39,619 nt of DNA from a virus (Duplodnaviria > Caudoviricetes): positions 1 to 39,619 of the IMG/VR virus record IMGVR_UViG_3300043803_000406. One strand, written 5' to 3'. This document shows positions 18,818 to 29,297 of the stretch, piece by piece. Positions within the stretch are counted from its first letter, which is position 1. Every line of letters begins with the position of its first letter. The notes under the pieces were generated by a model that was not told the origin of the DNA, searched no databases, and saw nothing but the letters and a program-made list of their open reading frames with translations. Position numbers and translations under genes: made by a program.

Positions 18818-19590
18818 TAGTATGCTCCCATTATGTTTGCTATTTCAATATCGTTAACTCTTGTAATTGTAGCATAAGTTGATGCTGCAGTTGAAGATGT
18901 TAGATAAGATGATAAATCAATTGTGGCCCAAGATGTACTTGTTCCATTTGTTGTTAAATATTCGCCGCTATTCCCAGTTTGGGAAGGGACGGCAGTTAAA
19001 ATTGCTGAATTAATTTCTGCCTGTGTATATGTATTAGTAGGAGAAAGAAGAACTATTATTACTACATCAAGGATATCATTTACTGCCGCCCCAGATCCTA
19101 ATGTAATTGTATTTGAATTTGAGGTTGTATAATCAGATGTTCTAGCAAGTAGGACACCATTTAAAAATACCTGCTCGTATCCATCTGTAAATGTATTTGT
19201 AGTTGTAAATACAGTTTGTGCTGCTGTAGCAGTAAATGTCTGACGAGTGTAAATTGTTGGACTAAATGCATCTGAAGATGAATCAGAGTCTACCCAAATT
19301 TGTCCAGTAACTGGAGAAGATGGTTCAGATGTTTGATAAGCTGTAGATAAGACTTGATTCCATTGTGTAGTTGTACCATTTGTCTGTAGGTAGTAATTTA
19401 TGTTACCTGTTTGAAGGGGTAGCAGGGCGTTTAAGGCATTTCCAGCGGTTGTCTGTCCTGTTCCACCTTCTGAAATTGCTAGGGTGGCCGAAGAGCTTAT
19501 AACGCCAGATGAATCAGTTTTTACAATTCCCGCTGTAGAAAGTGAGGGAATAACTAATCCATTCTTTACCTTAAAGTCTTTATTAGACAT
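18817..19590 (-). CDS. Tail fibre/adaptor protein
   Basis: MSNKDFKVK start; EGGTGQTTA.NALNALLP shared with 8902-10803; VFLNGVLL motif. Confidence 0.7.
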   Translation of the reverse strand: MSNKDFKVKNGLVIPSLSTAGIVKTDSSGVISSSATLAISEGGTGQTTAGNALNALLPLQTGNINYYLQTNGTTTQWNQVLSTAYQTSEPSSPVTGQIWVDSDSSSDAFSPTIYTRQTFTATAAQTVFTTTNTFTDGYEQVFLNGVLLARTSDYTTSNSNTITLGSGAAVNDILDVVIIVLLSPTNTYTQAEINSAILTAVPSQTGNSGEYLTTNGTSTSWATIDLSSYLTSSTAASTYATITRVNDIEIANIMGAY

Positions 19591-19600
19591 TAATTACCCC

Positions 19601-21760
19601 TTAAAGTGATACTTTGCTGAATTTGACTGTTACGTTATTTGTTGCTGCATCTGTTACGGTTACCTGTAATACTGCATCTGTTGAAGCTACTGCAGCTGAA
19701 ACAACTACTCCTGCAATTGTTCCACCAGTTTCTGTAATTGCAAACTCTGTCATATCTACAGATGTTCCATCTGTTTGAACAAGAACCTTGGATGTTCTTG
19801 TCTTATTATTTGTAGCCTGCTTTAATGAAACCATATATTCAATTGATGTAAATGCTGACAATGCTGTGGTGTCTACAGTTTCTACTGTATTTCCAGTAAC
19901 AGTGTCTGTTCCAGTTACAATTGGTACTACTAATGTTCCCCATGAAGCAGATGTTCCATCTGTTGTTAGGTACTTACCTGAATTTCCTGATTGAGAAGGA
20001 AGACTGATTGGTGCTGCCGCCCACTCAACCCCATTAGTTGCAGCTGAGTTTGCTGTGAGCAAATACCCGTTTGTACCAACGGCAAGCTTAGCTGGAGTAT
20101 TATCAGCTGAAGCAACTAAAATATCTCCCTTTGTGTCAAATAATGACTCATCTACCTTGCCATCTAGTTGTGTTTGAATTGCTGATGTTACTCCATCTAC
20201 ATAATTTAGCTCTGTGGAAGTTGCTGTAATCGCTACATCCTCATTAATCTTAGGACTTGTTAAAGTCTTATTTGTTAATGTATCTGTAGTATCTTTTCCA
20301 ACAAGAGTTGTGGTAGCATCTGGTAGACTTACTGTTCTGTCTGCTGTAGGATCTACAGTTGTTAAAACTGTTTCAAACTCATTATTGGTTGCACCTTCAA
20401 ATGTAATAACATGTGGTTCTGGAAGGTATATTCCATGAATCCGTGGAGTTCCACCAGTAGCCGTAAATTCTCCTCCATTAATTGTTGGTGTTGTAAGAGT
20501 CTTATTTGTAAGAGTCTCTGCAGTATCTTTTAGCAGTGTGCCGTTTAAATATAACGACTTTCCTGAAGCAAGATTTATATGCTCTGATGAAGTCCATGCG
20601 TCTGTGGCATCAACCCAATTGAAAGTTTTATCTGTTGCACCCTTTAATGTTATTCCACCGCCATCTGCTGTAGAATCTGAGGGGGTAGCAACTGAGCCTA
20701 GTTCAATATTTTTATCATCAACGGATATTGTTGTTGAGTTTAATGTTGTAGTAGTTCCATTAACTGTTAGGTCTCCAGAAAGCGTTAAGCTTGTTCCAGA
20801 AACTGCTCCTGTAAATGTTGCTCCAGATAATGAAGCCTTGGCATCTAGTTGTGTCTGAATTGCAGATGTTACTCCATCAACATAATTTAGCTCTGTAGCA
20901 GTTGCTGTAAGAGCAACATCTTCGTTAATCTTAGGAGAGGTTAATGTCTTATTAGTAAGGGTGTCTGTGCTTGATGCTGAGATCTTTCCATCAATCTGAG
21001 TCTGAATTGCTGATGTAACGCCATCTACATAATTAAGTTCAGTTGTAGATAAAGTTGCGCCGTCTAGAATGTTTAATTCTGTAGATGTTGCTAATAGCTC
21101 TACGTTTTCATTAATTTTAGGAGATGTGAGAGTCTTATTTGTTAAAGTATCTGTTGTTGCTTTTCCAACAAGTGTATCTGTTGCATCTGGCAATGTTAAT
21201 GTACGATCTCCTCCAGGCTCACCTGCTGTTAATGTTAATTCATATGAATCTGCTGTTGTACCTTCAAATACAATATTTGCATCACTTAGATACAAGCCTG
21301 AAATTGTTGGGCTTGTTAAAGTCTTGTTTGTTAGTGTATTTGTTGAATCTGCCAATACTACTGTACCAGTAGCATCTGGGAATGTAATTGTTCTATCTGC
21401 TGTAGGATCTGTAAATACTACAGTTGTTTCATTTGTATTGTCTGTTGTACCTTCTACAATGAATCCTGGACCTAGAATTAATGCATTTCCGCTTGCATCC
21501 ATTTCTACTAATCCGCCCTTAACTCCTACGTCAGTTGTTGGCACGTAGTCTCCAAGTGAGCTTTGTAATCCTGACGGGGTAATATTGGAGTATGATGTAA
21601 TGCTATTCCATGCTGTTCCAACAGTTGGGGCATTTACTGCAGGACCAATTTTAAATTTGCCTGTGTCTGTCTCAATACCCATTTCACCTGGATATAGTAG
21701 TGGATTGTTTGTAGTCCAGTTACTGGATGAGTCTCTTCTTAATTGAATTCTAATTGCCAT
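19601..21760 (-). CDS. Long tail fibre with Mtd-N/hyaluronidase-type N-terminus
   Basis: IQLRRD...NPLLYPGEMGIETDTGKFKIG; repeats TDTLTNKTLTSP and TELNYVDGVTSAIQTQ. Confidence 0.8.
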   Translation of the reverse strand: MAIRIQLRRDSSSNWTTNNPLLYPGEMGIETDTGKFKIGPAVNAPTVGTAWNSITSYSNITPSGLQSSLGDYVPTTDVGVKGGLVEMDASGNALILGPGFIVEGTTDNTNETTVVFTDPTADRTITFPDATGTVVLADSTNTLTNKTLTSPTISGLYLSDANIVFEGTTADSYELTLTAGEPGGDRTLTLPDATDTLVGKATTDTLTNKTLTSPKINENVELLATSTELNILDGATLSTTELNYVDGVTSAIQTQIDGKISASSTDTLTNKTLTSPKINEDVALTATATELNYVDGVTSAIQTQLDAKASLSGATFTGAVSGTSLTLSGDLTVNGTTTTLNSTTISVDDKNIELGSVATPSDSTADGGGITLKGATDKTFNWVDATDAWTSSEHINLASGKSLYLNGTLLKDTAETLTNKTLTTPTINGGEFTATGGTPRIHGIYLPEPHVITFEGATNNEFETVLTTVDPTADRTVSLPDATTTLVGKDTTDTLTNKTLTSPKINEDVAITATSTELNYVDGVTSAIQTQLDGKVDESLFDTKGDILVASADNTPAKLAVGTNGYLLTANSAATNGVEWAAAPISLPSQSGNSGKYLTTDGTSASWGTLVVPIVTGTDTVTGNTVETVDTTALSAFTSIEYMVSLKQATNNKTRTSKVLVQTDGTSVDMTEFAITETGGTIAGVVVSAAVASTDAVLQVTVTDAATNNVTVKFSKVSL

Positions 21761-22059
21761 TATGCTGTTCCCCCGTCTATTGTATCATTAAATACTGTTG
21801 TTGATCCACCGCCGTTTATGGAAACCATGTAGTCATTATCTGATGCATAGTTTCCATAATCGACAGTTCTAATACCACCGTCTGTGTAGTGTGTATGGTC
21901 CAAAATTGCTTTTGGACCAGCCACCTCATACCAAACTTCTCCGTTATAAGCTTTAATAGTTCTTTCCTGTGTATTAAAATACATTTGTCCTATTGTTGGG
22001 TTAACTGGGTCGGAAGCCATATTAACCAACGTGATCGGAGTTAAGAACTTTTTAGCCAT
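21760..22059 (-). CDS. Small virion protein
   Basis: N-terminus paralogous to 22064-25018 (MAKKF...GQMYFNT). Confidence 0.65.
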   Translation of the reverse strand: MAKKFLTPITLVNMASDPVNPTIGQMYFNTQERTIKAYNGEVWYEVAGPKAILDHTHYTDGGIRTVDYGNYASDNDYMVSINGGGSTTVFNDTIDGGTA

Positions 22060-22063
22060 TTAT

Positions 22064-25018
22064 TTAAGCCTTTACTACTACTCTGTAAGTTTCTCCAGAT
22101 ACTGGCGCTACTGCAAATGCAATTGCCACTCTGTTTGCGTTGGACTTTATTACATCTGTTACAACTTCTGCTCCAGATGATATTTCCCATACCGTAACAA
22201 GAATATCTGTTGAATTTAAGTTATGATCTATGTTAAATGATGTTGCTGTATATGGACTTGCTGGAGTAATTGTTTCTGCATATGTTCCAAGCTGTCCTGA
22301 AATACCTTGAGCACCTTCGGTTCCTTGAGTACCAAGTGTTCCTTGGGTTCCTTGGGTTCCTTCAGTACCTTGAGATCCAATAGTACCCTGTGCACCTTCA
22401 GTTCCTTGTGCACCTAGTGTACCTTGGGTTCCCTGAGTACCTTCTGTACCCTGTACGCCTTGTGTTCCTTGGGCACCAGTTGTGCCTTGTACACCAGTAG
22501 CACCATCAAGGTTGACAGACCAAGAAGAGTATTCTCCTGAACCTCTGACGTCATTGACATTTACAACGAGCGTGTTAGTTCCTGATGTGTAGCTTACTAC
22601 AGTAGCAGACATGTTGTTGTTTACATCGTAAGCAACTACTACATCTTGACCCACTGAGTATGAAAGATCTGGATCAGCCAGCACAAAACTTACGTTGTTT
22701 GCTACTGCAATCGAACGTGTTGTAGAAGAGGTTGTCTTGTAGCGATCAGAGTGTCCTTCAGTACCTTGTGTACCCTCTGTTCCTTGTACGCCTTGTACAC
22801 CTTGTGTTCCTTGGGTTCCTTGAGTACCTTCAGTACCTTGAGATCCAATAGTACCCTGTGCACCTTCAGTTCCTTGAGAACCAACAGTACCTTGTGCGCC
22901 TTCAGCACCTTGAGTTCCTTCGGTACCTTGTACTCCCTGTGCAGAAAGTAGTGTCCAGTAGGTTCCTTCTGAAGGAGTGTCTCCAACGTTGCCACCATGA
23001 GCATCGATGCGGTACCAAGTTTGTCCTTGATAAGTTGCTACGTCCCCAATTGCGTAAGATGTTCCTGGGCCGTAAGCGCCTCTGAAGTTCCAGAGAGCTG
23101 CTGTACCTTGAGTACCTTGAGCACCTTCAGTTCCTTGTGCACCTACTGTACCTTGGGTTCCTTGTGTTCCTTCAGAACCTTGGACTCCCTGTGTACCCTG
23201 AGTGCCTTGAGTTCCCTGTGTACCTTCGACACCTTGTACTCCTTGAGTACCTTGTGTGCCTTGGGCTCCAAGTGTTCCCTGTGTGCCTTGAGTTCCTTCA
23301 GTTCCTTGAACGCCTTGTGCGCCTTCAGTTCCTTGGGTACCTTGAGCACCAACGTCACCAGTGCGAGCAAATGTTAAAAGAACATCGTCTTCATCTGTGA
23401 AAGAACCAGAACCAGACAAGTATGTAATGTCAATATCAAAGTATGTAGCGTAATCAACCATTGAGTTGATTGCATACATAGCAAATACTGCAGTATTTGC
23501 TTTGAGCGAAACTTTTACGTGACCCTTGATTGTCGAAGTAGAGTCATCAATTGTCTGTAGATATGGATGAATATCTACGGACGCAGCGTTAATGTCATCA
23601 ATTGCAAGGTGTGTTGCAGATGCAGGAGCAGCGTTAAGGCGGATGTATGTATTGCCTGGATCTGCCATTGTTGTTGATGAGTCGTAGTTGTACTCAACAG
23701 TTACACCACCAAATGATCCTTCAGCACCTTGTAAGCCTTGTTGACCTTCTAGGCCTTGCGCTCCTTGAGTTCCTTGGGTTCCCTGAGCACCTAGAGTTCC
23801 TTGTGTACCCTGTGTTCCTTCAGATCCTTGTACTCCCTGTGCACCTTCAGTTCCCTGTACACCTTGTGTACCTTGTGAACCTTCTACGCCCTGAGTTCCC
23901 TCAGTTCCCTGTGTACCTTGAGCTCCAGTTGTTCCTTGTGAACCTTCTGTACCTTGGCTACCAACTGTACCTTGAGAGCCAACAGTACCTTGAGTTCCCT
24001 GTTCACCCTCTACGCCCTGTACACCCTGTGTTCCCTGGGTTCCTTGTGCACCTAGTGTGCCTTGAGTTCCTTGAGAGCCTACTGTACCTTGTACGCCCTG
24101 TGCTCCTTCAGTACCTTGGGTACCTTGAGCACCGACATCACCAGTACGAGCAAATGTGAAGAGTAAAGCATCTCCATCAGTAAAGGTTCCGTTACCAGAT
24201 ACGTAAGCAACTTCTACATCAAACCAGTTTGGCGCTGTGTCTGTAACGCCAGAGATTGTGTAGAGTGCAAAAGTAGCAGTATCAAACTTCTTAGATACCT
24301 TTACGTGACCCTTGATGGTAGATGTGGAATCATCGATAGTGGTTAAGAAGTTAGAGACATCGTAGTTACCATCAGCAGGATTATCATCCAATGCAAGACG
24401 TGTAACTAGAGTTAAGTTTGCGTTGTTAAGGCGAGCATTGTTGTCGCCTGGGTCTGCCATTGTAACGGTGTCATCGTAGTTGTAAACAACTGTGATACCA
24501 CCAAAGTTACCTTCGGCACCCTGTGCACCCTGTGACCCTTCAAGACCTTGAGCACCAACGGCACCCTGTGTTCCTTGTGCGCCTTCTGTTCCCTGTGTGC
24601 CCTGTGCACCTTCGGTACCTTGCGCTCCTTGAGTTCCTTCTGTACCTTGAACGCCTTGTATACCTTCGGTGCCCTGCGCTCCTTCAACACCTTGAGCGCC
24701 TTCTGTTCCCTGTGCACCTTCAGTGCCTTGAGTTCCATTAGAACCATCTAAACCTTGTGCTCCAGCGGAGCCTTGTGCTCCTTCAGTTCCTTGAGTACCT
24801 TGTGCACCAAGTGTTCCCTGTGCACCAGTAGTACCTTGAGCTCCTGTGCTTGTGTTAATCCAAGCTGAACCATTCCATGAACGTAAATATCCAAGGACTG
24901 TATCAAAGTAAATTTGACCAACAACTGGTGATGCTGGTGCTGTTGATAAATTTTGAATTCTGGCATTTTGCAACTCATTCTTATTGAGGTCAATGCCTAC
25001 TACAAATTTTCTTGCCAT
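22064..25018 (-). CDS. Large collagen-like fibre with interspersed globular domains
   Basis: Five G-X-Q/E tracts; duplicated ~120-aa domain ([16 protein letters not shown]...TFARTGD); short W-rich module ([14 protein letters not shown]...YW) resembling carbohydrate-binding modules. Confidence 0.85.
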   Translation of the reverse strand: MARKFVVGIDLNKNELQNARIQNLSTAPASPVVGQIYFDTVLGYLRSWNGSAWINTSTGAQGTTGAQGTLGAQGTQGTEGAQGSAGAQGLDGSNGTQGTEGAQGTEGAQGVEGAQGTEGIQGVQGTEGTQGAQGTEGAQGTQGTEGAQGTQGAVGAQGLEGSQGAQGAEGNFGGITVVYNYDDTVTMADPGDNNARLNNANLTLVTRLALDDNPADGNYDVSNFLTTIDDSTSTIKGHVKVSKKFDTATFALYTISGVTDTAPNWFDVEVAYVSGNGTFTDGDALLFTFARTGDVGAQGTQGTEGAQGVQGTVGSQGTQGTLGAQGTQGTQGVQGVEGEQGTQGTVGSQGTVGSQGTEGSQGTTGAQGTQGTEGTQGVEGSQGTQGVQGTEGAQGVQGSEGTQGTQGTLGAQGTQGTQGAQGLEGQQGLQGAEGSFGGVTVEYNYDSSTTMADPGNTYIRLNAAPASATHLAIDDINAASVDIHPYLQTIDDSTSTIKGHVKVSLKANTAVFAMYAINSMVDYATYFDIDITYLSGSGSFTDEDDVLLTFARTGDVGAQGTQGTEGAQGVQGTEGTQGTQGTLGAQGTQGTQGVQGVEGTQGTQGTQGTQGVQGSEGTQGTQGTVGAQGTEGAQGTQGTAALWNFRGAYGPGTSYAIGDVATYQGQTWYRIDAHGGNVGDTPSEGTYWTLLSAQGVQGTEGTQGAEGAQGTVGSQGTEGAQGTIGSQGTEGTQGTQGTQGVQGVQGTEGTQGTEGHSDRYKTTSSTTRSIAVANNVSFVLADPDLSYSVGQDVVVAYDVNNNMSATVVSYTSGTNTLVVNVNDVRGSGEYSSWSVNLDGATGVQGTTGAQGTQGVQGTEGTQGTQGTLGAQGTEGAQGTIGSQGTEGTQGTQGTLGTQGTEGAQGISGQLGTYAETITPASPYTATSFNIDHNLNSTDILVTVWEISSGAEVVTDVIKSNANRVAIAFAVAPVSGETYRVVVKA

Positions 25019-25028
25019 TTTTTTCTCC

Positions 25029-25484
25029 TTATGACAGGTAAGCTGTCCCTCCGAATGGTTGAGCCATCGTAAGTGTTATTTGGTTAAGACTATTATAGTC
25101 TATTCCTGTTTCTAATATATTTCCTGCACTATCCTTAATTGTTACATTAGGATAGAAACCTAAGTTATGTGTTATTGCTTTTGAATAAATTTCATTGACT
25201 GGGCCTGTTACGGAACCAATTTCCCATGTTGCTGTATGTGCGTAATTTCCAGCAGCGCCAGGCCCCAAAGTAACTGTTACTGCACCAGACCATGTTACGT
25301 CAGATGGCTTTGGACCATAAAATATTTTTGATACTGTATCGTAGTAATAATCATTTTGTAGCCCCAAGTTATTTGCTGGTACGCCAGATCCATTTAATAT
25401 TGTTTTTCCTCTTGGGCCTTGTGGTCCAGGAACTGTTACTGTAACTTGATTTCTAGATGATATAGACGTTACTAAATCTACCAT
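25029..25484 (-). CDS. Virion structural protein
   Basis: [21 protein letters not shown]. Confidence 0.65.
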   Translation of the reverse strand: MVDLVTSISSRNQVTVTVPGPQGPRGKTILNGSGVPANNLGLQNDYYYDTVSKIFYGPKPSDVTWSGAVTVTLGPGAAGNYAHTATWEIGSVTGPVNEIYSKAITHNLGFYPNVTIKDSAGNILETGIDYNSLNQITLTMAQPFGGTAYLS

Positions 25485-25831
25485 TATATTGTCACCGACC
25501 TTGATAATGTCATAAATCCTTCAAGTATCTTAACCTTATTTGAGTTTGAGTCAGTAAGCATAATATCGTATGAGGATTTTGGAAAAAACAATTTGTTTGT
25601 CTGGGTAGGTGTCATCCTAATTGTGAGCTGGCCATTGGTAGGATCAATCGTTATTCCACCGCTAGGTGAAGTTAATGTAAAAGCTAACTTGCTTCCGCCT
25701 TTTGTATCACGGACCTGCATTTTAGCGGAAGCTCCAGTGAGATCTATAGGATCGCCTTCTGGATCTTTGTATTCAACGATAAACGAGAAAGTAGCATTTT
25801 GATCTACTTCCCAATTTTTTTGTCCTGCCAT
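25484..25831 (-). CDS. Ig-like baseplate/fibre anchor protein (BppU-N-like)
   Basis: DQNATF, PIDLTGASAKMQVR, YDI, KILEG. Confidence 0.65.
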   Translation of the reverse strand: MAGQKNWEVDQNATFSFIVEYKDPEGDPIDLTGASAKMQVRDTKGGSKLAFTLTSPSGGITIDPTNGQLTIRMTPTQTNKLFFPKSSYDIMLTDSNSNKVKILEGFMTLSRSVTI

Positions 25832-25856
25832 TTACTAGTACTCCTAAATAGGAAAA

Positions 25857-25882
25857 CTCCTATGCTCATTTTAGCATAGGAG
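25857..25882 (-). terminator. Intrinsic terminator hairpin after holin, overlapping an extended -10
   Basis: CTCCTATGCT-N6-AGCATAGGAG followed by TTTT on minus strand; contains TGCTAAAAT. Confidence 0.65.
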
Positions 25883-25901
25883 CAATCCTAATCGTGTTTA
25901 A

Positions 25902-26129
25902 TTACTTGGCTGACTTAAAGCCAAATTCTTTATTACTTGGGCTAAGAGCCTTCAAAATTACTGGAGCAACGGCGGCAACGCCACCCATTAGCAAATCTCT
26001 TGGATTTGTATTTCCAGTCATGTACAAAGCAATTGCTGCTGAAAGAAATGCTCGTGCATATGTTCCTAGCGCTGCTAAAATTTCCTCTGTCATTGTAACC
26101 TTTCCGTCCTTGTTTAGATCTCTGTTCAT
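25902..26129 (-). CDS. Holin-like membrane protein
   Basis: Two hydrophobic helices, YARAFLSAA, basic C-terminus. Confidence 0.65.
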   Translation of the reverse strand: MNRDLNKDGKVTMTEEILAALGTYARAFLSAAIALYMTGNTNPRDLLMGGVAAVAPVILKALSPSNKEFGFKSAK

Positions 26130-26201
26130 TTGATCATCTCCAATTTTGGGCGTTGTGCCCAGAATTTTGAGGGTATTTCCCCCAATACTATTATTCTACC
26201 A

Positions 26202-28136
26202 TTAAGCTGAAATATCTACAATCTCACAGTTTCCGTCAGAAGTACAGGCTAGGGTTTGTGAGCCGCTAGTCCCGTCCTCTGTCTCGTAGAAAGATAAATC
26301 TTCCCACCGAATATCTTTTGGCATCTTTGAAAGCAAATCTAGATATTCTTGCTTGTCTACTTCCTGATATGGAGCCTGCTTATATGTATGATCTGAATGC
26401 GGCAAGAATGAAATTCCAGATACCTCATCAAAATGCTTATATACCCAAGCACCAACTTCCATCCACTCTTCTTCTTTTACAGATACTGTAATTGATGGCT
26501 TGTGCTCACACCATGCACGCTGATAAACTAGCCATGTCTTTAAATGATCAAGTGCTGTTAAATCATTTCTAACAATTGCGCCTTCTGGTGCTTTAACTGG
26601 AAATGAAAATACGTATGTATCATTTGGCTTCATTACATCATCTTCTACTGGGATTCCGACTTCCTTTAAGAATGTAGAAATTGGATCTTTCTTGTCTCCA
26701 CGAACTGTACGAATATAATAATCTGAATGCCATGGGTGCATTCCTGAAGAAACTCCTACAAGCTGTGAAACAGTTCCTGAAGGCTTTACACATGTGATTG
26801 CAGCAGATTCCTGAATTCCAATCTTATTGGCTTCAGACTTGTTTACATCTCTTGCTGACTCACGAAGGCTTACTAAAACCTTTTCTAATTTATTAATATC
26901 TTCTTTACCAGAAAAAAACTTATGTCCAAATTGTCCAGTTAAAGATACTCCTAGCAAACGCTCCTCTTCTGTATTGTCCTTCCAAATTTTACGAAGGTAC
27001 TTAAAATCAGTTAATGTTGACTGCCACGTTCCAAGAATTGTTGCAAGGCGAACTTTATTTTTGACATCTTCAACTGTGTCCTTTTCACGTAATACGACTT
27101 CTGAAAGATTACAAAACTGATAAGGTCGTAGAATAATTTCTGAACATGGGTTTGTTCCATAATGAATCTCTGGATCTCTTCGTCCGTACTTTGCTGCCTG
27201 TGCTTGTGCTGCTGCAACATTGTAAATTCCACGTTCTCCTGATTTTGAATCATATAAAGATTTCCATTCTGCAATAAACTGCTCCATCTCTGGCTTGCGA
27301 GAATATGCAACAGAGTTGTTTGACAATGCACGCTGTGAGTTATTCTCCCACCAGTTACCTGACTTGGCTTGAGCCATTTCAATATCATTAATATTTGAAA
27401 GAGAAATCATTGCTGATCTGCGAACTCCGCCAACAACTACAATCTCTCCAATCTTACACATAATGTCATGTGCCTCAATTGGCTTTAACTGACGTCCTGT
27501 TGCAGACTTAAACTTTGCAATTGTAAAATCAAAAAGATTAACTAGCGGTTGTGGACCTGATGATCTTCCGCCCATAGTCTTTAGTCTTGCGCCTGCTGGT
27601 CGCAACTTGCTAACATCAATTGCTGGAATCTGTCCTGACCATAGCAATGCAAGTAGTTCACGGTATGCTTTAGCCCAGCCCTGCTTTGAATCTTCAACAA
27701 TGACAACTGTGTTTGACTTTTCTAATGAATCTGGGACGGCAGGAAGCTTATTAACATACTTATACTCAACAGAGAATCCAACACCTGTTCCACACATCAA
27801 GATATACATTGTTTCATCAAATGATCTTGGATTATCTACTGGAACAAATGAACAGTTATACCCTGCAACATGATCTCTATCTAATGCAGCACCTGCAGTC
27901 ATTACTGATCGCATTGATGGCATAACATTACGATTAAATACAGCATTGCGAAGTTCTTCAACAATCTTTGCATCTGGCTTATAGCTATAATTCTTATCTA
28001 GATGTCCTAGCATATAGTCAAAATAACGATCTACTGTCTCACCCCATGTTTCACGACGATTTTGCTCTGGCATCCATCTTGCATAGCGAGACAAAGCAAT
28101 AAAGTTTTCGTACGGGTTTTCAATAGTTCTTGACAT
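26202..28136 (-). CDS. nrdJ: Class II (adenosylcobalamin-dependent) ribonucleotide reductase
   Basis: VVVGGVRRSA, TNPCSEI, KPSGT, C-terminal redox pair CTSDGNC; alternative GTG start at 28148. Confidence 0.93.
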   Translation of the reverse strand: MSRTIENPYENFIALSRYARWMPEQNRRETWGETVDRYFDYMLGHLDKNYSYKPDAKIVEELRNAVFNRNVMPSMRSVMTAGAALDRDHVAGYNCSFVPVDNPRSFDETMYILMCGTGVGFSVEYKYVNKLPAVPDSLEKSNTVVIVEDSKQGWAKAYRELLALLWSGQIPAIDVSKLRPAGARLKTMGGRSSGPQPLVNLFDFTIAKFKSATGRQLKPIEAHDIMCKIGEIVVVGGVRRSAMISLSNINDIEMAQAKSGNWWENNSQRALSNNSVAYSRKPEMEQFIAEWKSLYDSKSGERGIYNVAAAQAQAAKYGRRDPEIHYGTNPCSEIILRPYQFCNLSEVVLREKDTVEDVKNKVRLATILGTWQSTLTDFKYLRKIWKDNTEEERLLGVSLTGQFGHKFFSGKEDINKLEKVLVSLRESARDVNKSEANKIGIQESAAITCVKPSGTVSQLVGVSSGMHPWHSDYYIRTVRGDKKDPISTFLKEVGIPVEDDVMKPNDTYVFSFPVKAPEGAIVRNDLTALDHLKTWLVYQRAWCEHKPSITVSVKEEEWMEVGAWVYKHFDEVSGISFLPHSDHTYKQAPYQEVDKQEYLDLLSKMPKDIRWEDLSFYETEDGTSGSQTLACTSDGNCEIVDISA

Positions 28137-28225
28137 TTTTAGTGACACCTTTTCTTCCGCCTAACGGATTGATTAAATTTGAATGAAGTCTAAGTGTATC
28201 AAACTTTATTATAGTGGGGAAGGCC

Positions 28226-29218
28226 TTAAGAAAACTTTTTAAAAATATGCTCAAAGGCCTTATTAGTCAACCGATCCCAATTATATTCTTCATGAAGTTT
28301 AGTTGACTGGGCGAAGTAATATCCAGCATATCCATTGTAGTTGATTGAAACATCTCTCATAAGCTCAAGTAGATGTTGATACTCTGGTTCAAAAACTTTA
28401 CCTTCATGAACTGGCCAAGGTGATTTAACTAAATCTGATTTTAATTTTAGTGGACCAAGATACTTATCGTAATGGGCCCAACCATCTGTACAAATTACTG
28501 GCATACCAGTAGCAAGTGCTTGAAATGGAATAAACCCAAATCCTTCACCATAACTTGGATAAATTAAAACATCATGGTCATGATAAAGTTTTACCAGTTC
28601 TTCTTCTGACATATCTTCTGTAATTATTTTTATATTACTAAACTTTTCATCTGGAACACCGATTATGTTTTTATCCATATAGTTATTATAGATACGGGTA
28701 GTATTGCTCTTATATGCTTTTATGGTTAAAGAGTAAAAGGGGTTATTTCCATACAAAGCTGTAAATGCGTCTACCACCATTTGTCCTGCTTTTCTTGGTG
28801 CTGGCTCACCAACATGCAAAAATTTTATTGGTCTACCATGTTCTAGCTTTCTTTTCTTTGGTCTCCATATTGGATCAATACCATGTGGAAAAACTTTAAC
28901 ATCTTTAATTCCATTTGCTTCAAAAACTTCTTTGCACCAATCTGAAGTTGTCCATATTTCATTACATGCGTCTAAATACTCAAACCATTCCTTTGGGACA
29001 ACTGTTGATTCCCATGGTGTATAACTAATTTGATACTGATTTCTGTGTAACTTATAATACACAGGCTGAGAAAAATTTAATTGAACATCCGCCCTTGCGT
29101 CCTGAAATGGTACATTATGACCTAATCTTTTTAATGAATCTACTATTCTTGACGCAGCATGACCGTAACCATTTGAAGTTTTTAGGTTACTTATTGGCGT
29201 AGAAAATGAAATATCCAT
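28226..29218 (-). CDS. GT-B glycosyltransferase, family 4
   Basis: PSYGEGFGFIPFQALATGMPVI, PHGID, RKAG. Confidence 0.85.
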   Translation of the reverse strand: MDISFSTPISNLKTSNGYGHAASRIVDSLKRLGHNVPFQDARADVQLNFSQPVYYKLHRNQYQISYTPWESTVVPKEWFEYLDACNEIWTTSDWCKEVFEANGIKDVKVFPHGIDPIWRPKKRKLEHGRPIKFLHVGEPAPRKAGQMVVDAFTALYGNNPFYSLTIKAYKSNTTRIYNNYMDKNIIGVPDEKFSNIKIITEDMSEEELVKLYHDHDVLIYPSYGEGFGFIPFQALATGMPVICTDGWAHYDKYLGPLKLKSDLVKSPWPVHEGKVFEPEYQHLLELMRDVSINYNGYAGYYFAQSTKLHEEYNWDRLTNKAFEHIFKKFS

Positions 29219-29240
29219 AATATCTTTCTGGTCAACTGAC

Positions 29241-29270
29241 TTGACAGTAACTTACTGACAATGTTAAGAT
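29241..29270 (+). promoter_or_regulatory. Sigma70-type promoter
   Basis: TTGACA-N18-TAAGAT with TG extension. Confidence 0.65.
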
Positions 29271-29297
29271 TATAGTTCGTTATCTCTAAAGGAGGAA

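Larger units (their letters stand above)
3981..28201 (-). promoter_or_regulatory. Family of extended -10 (TGnTAnnnT) promoters in the late block
   Basis: TGGTATAAT at 3981-3989, 13396-13404, 16564-16572; TGGTAAAAT 10831-10839; TGTTATAAT 13797-13805; TGCTAAAAT 25868-25876; TGGTAGAAT 26193-26201; TGATACACT 28193-28201; all intergenic. Confidence 0.7.

Noticed and set aside
19601-21760. Diversity-generating retroelement suggested by the Mtd-like N-terminus
   Set aside because: No reverse transcriptase in the window and no adenine-specific TR/VR pair noticed
2966-24993. Many alternative-frame ORFs (HKELLE..., SSLC..., poly-Pro) over collagen and Gly-rich genes
   Set aside because: Shadow frames of low-complexity repeats; no RBS; overlap better-supported genes
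26202-28136. Intein or intron in nrdJ
   Set aside because: Continuous ORF of normal length; no splicing or LAGLIDADG motifs seen
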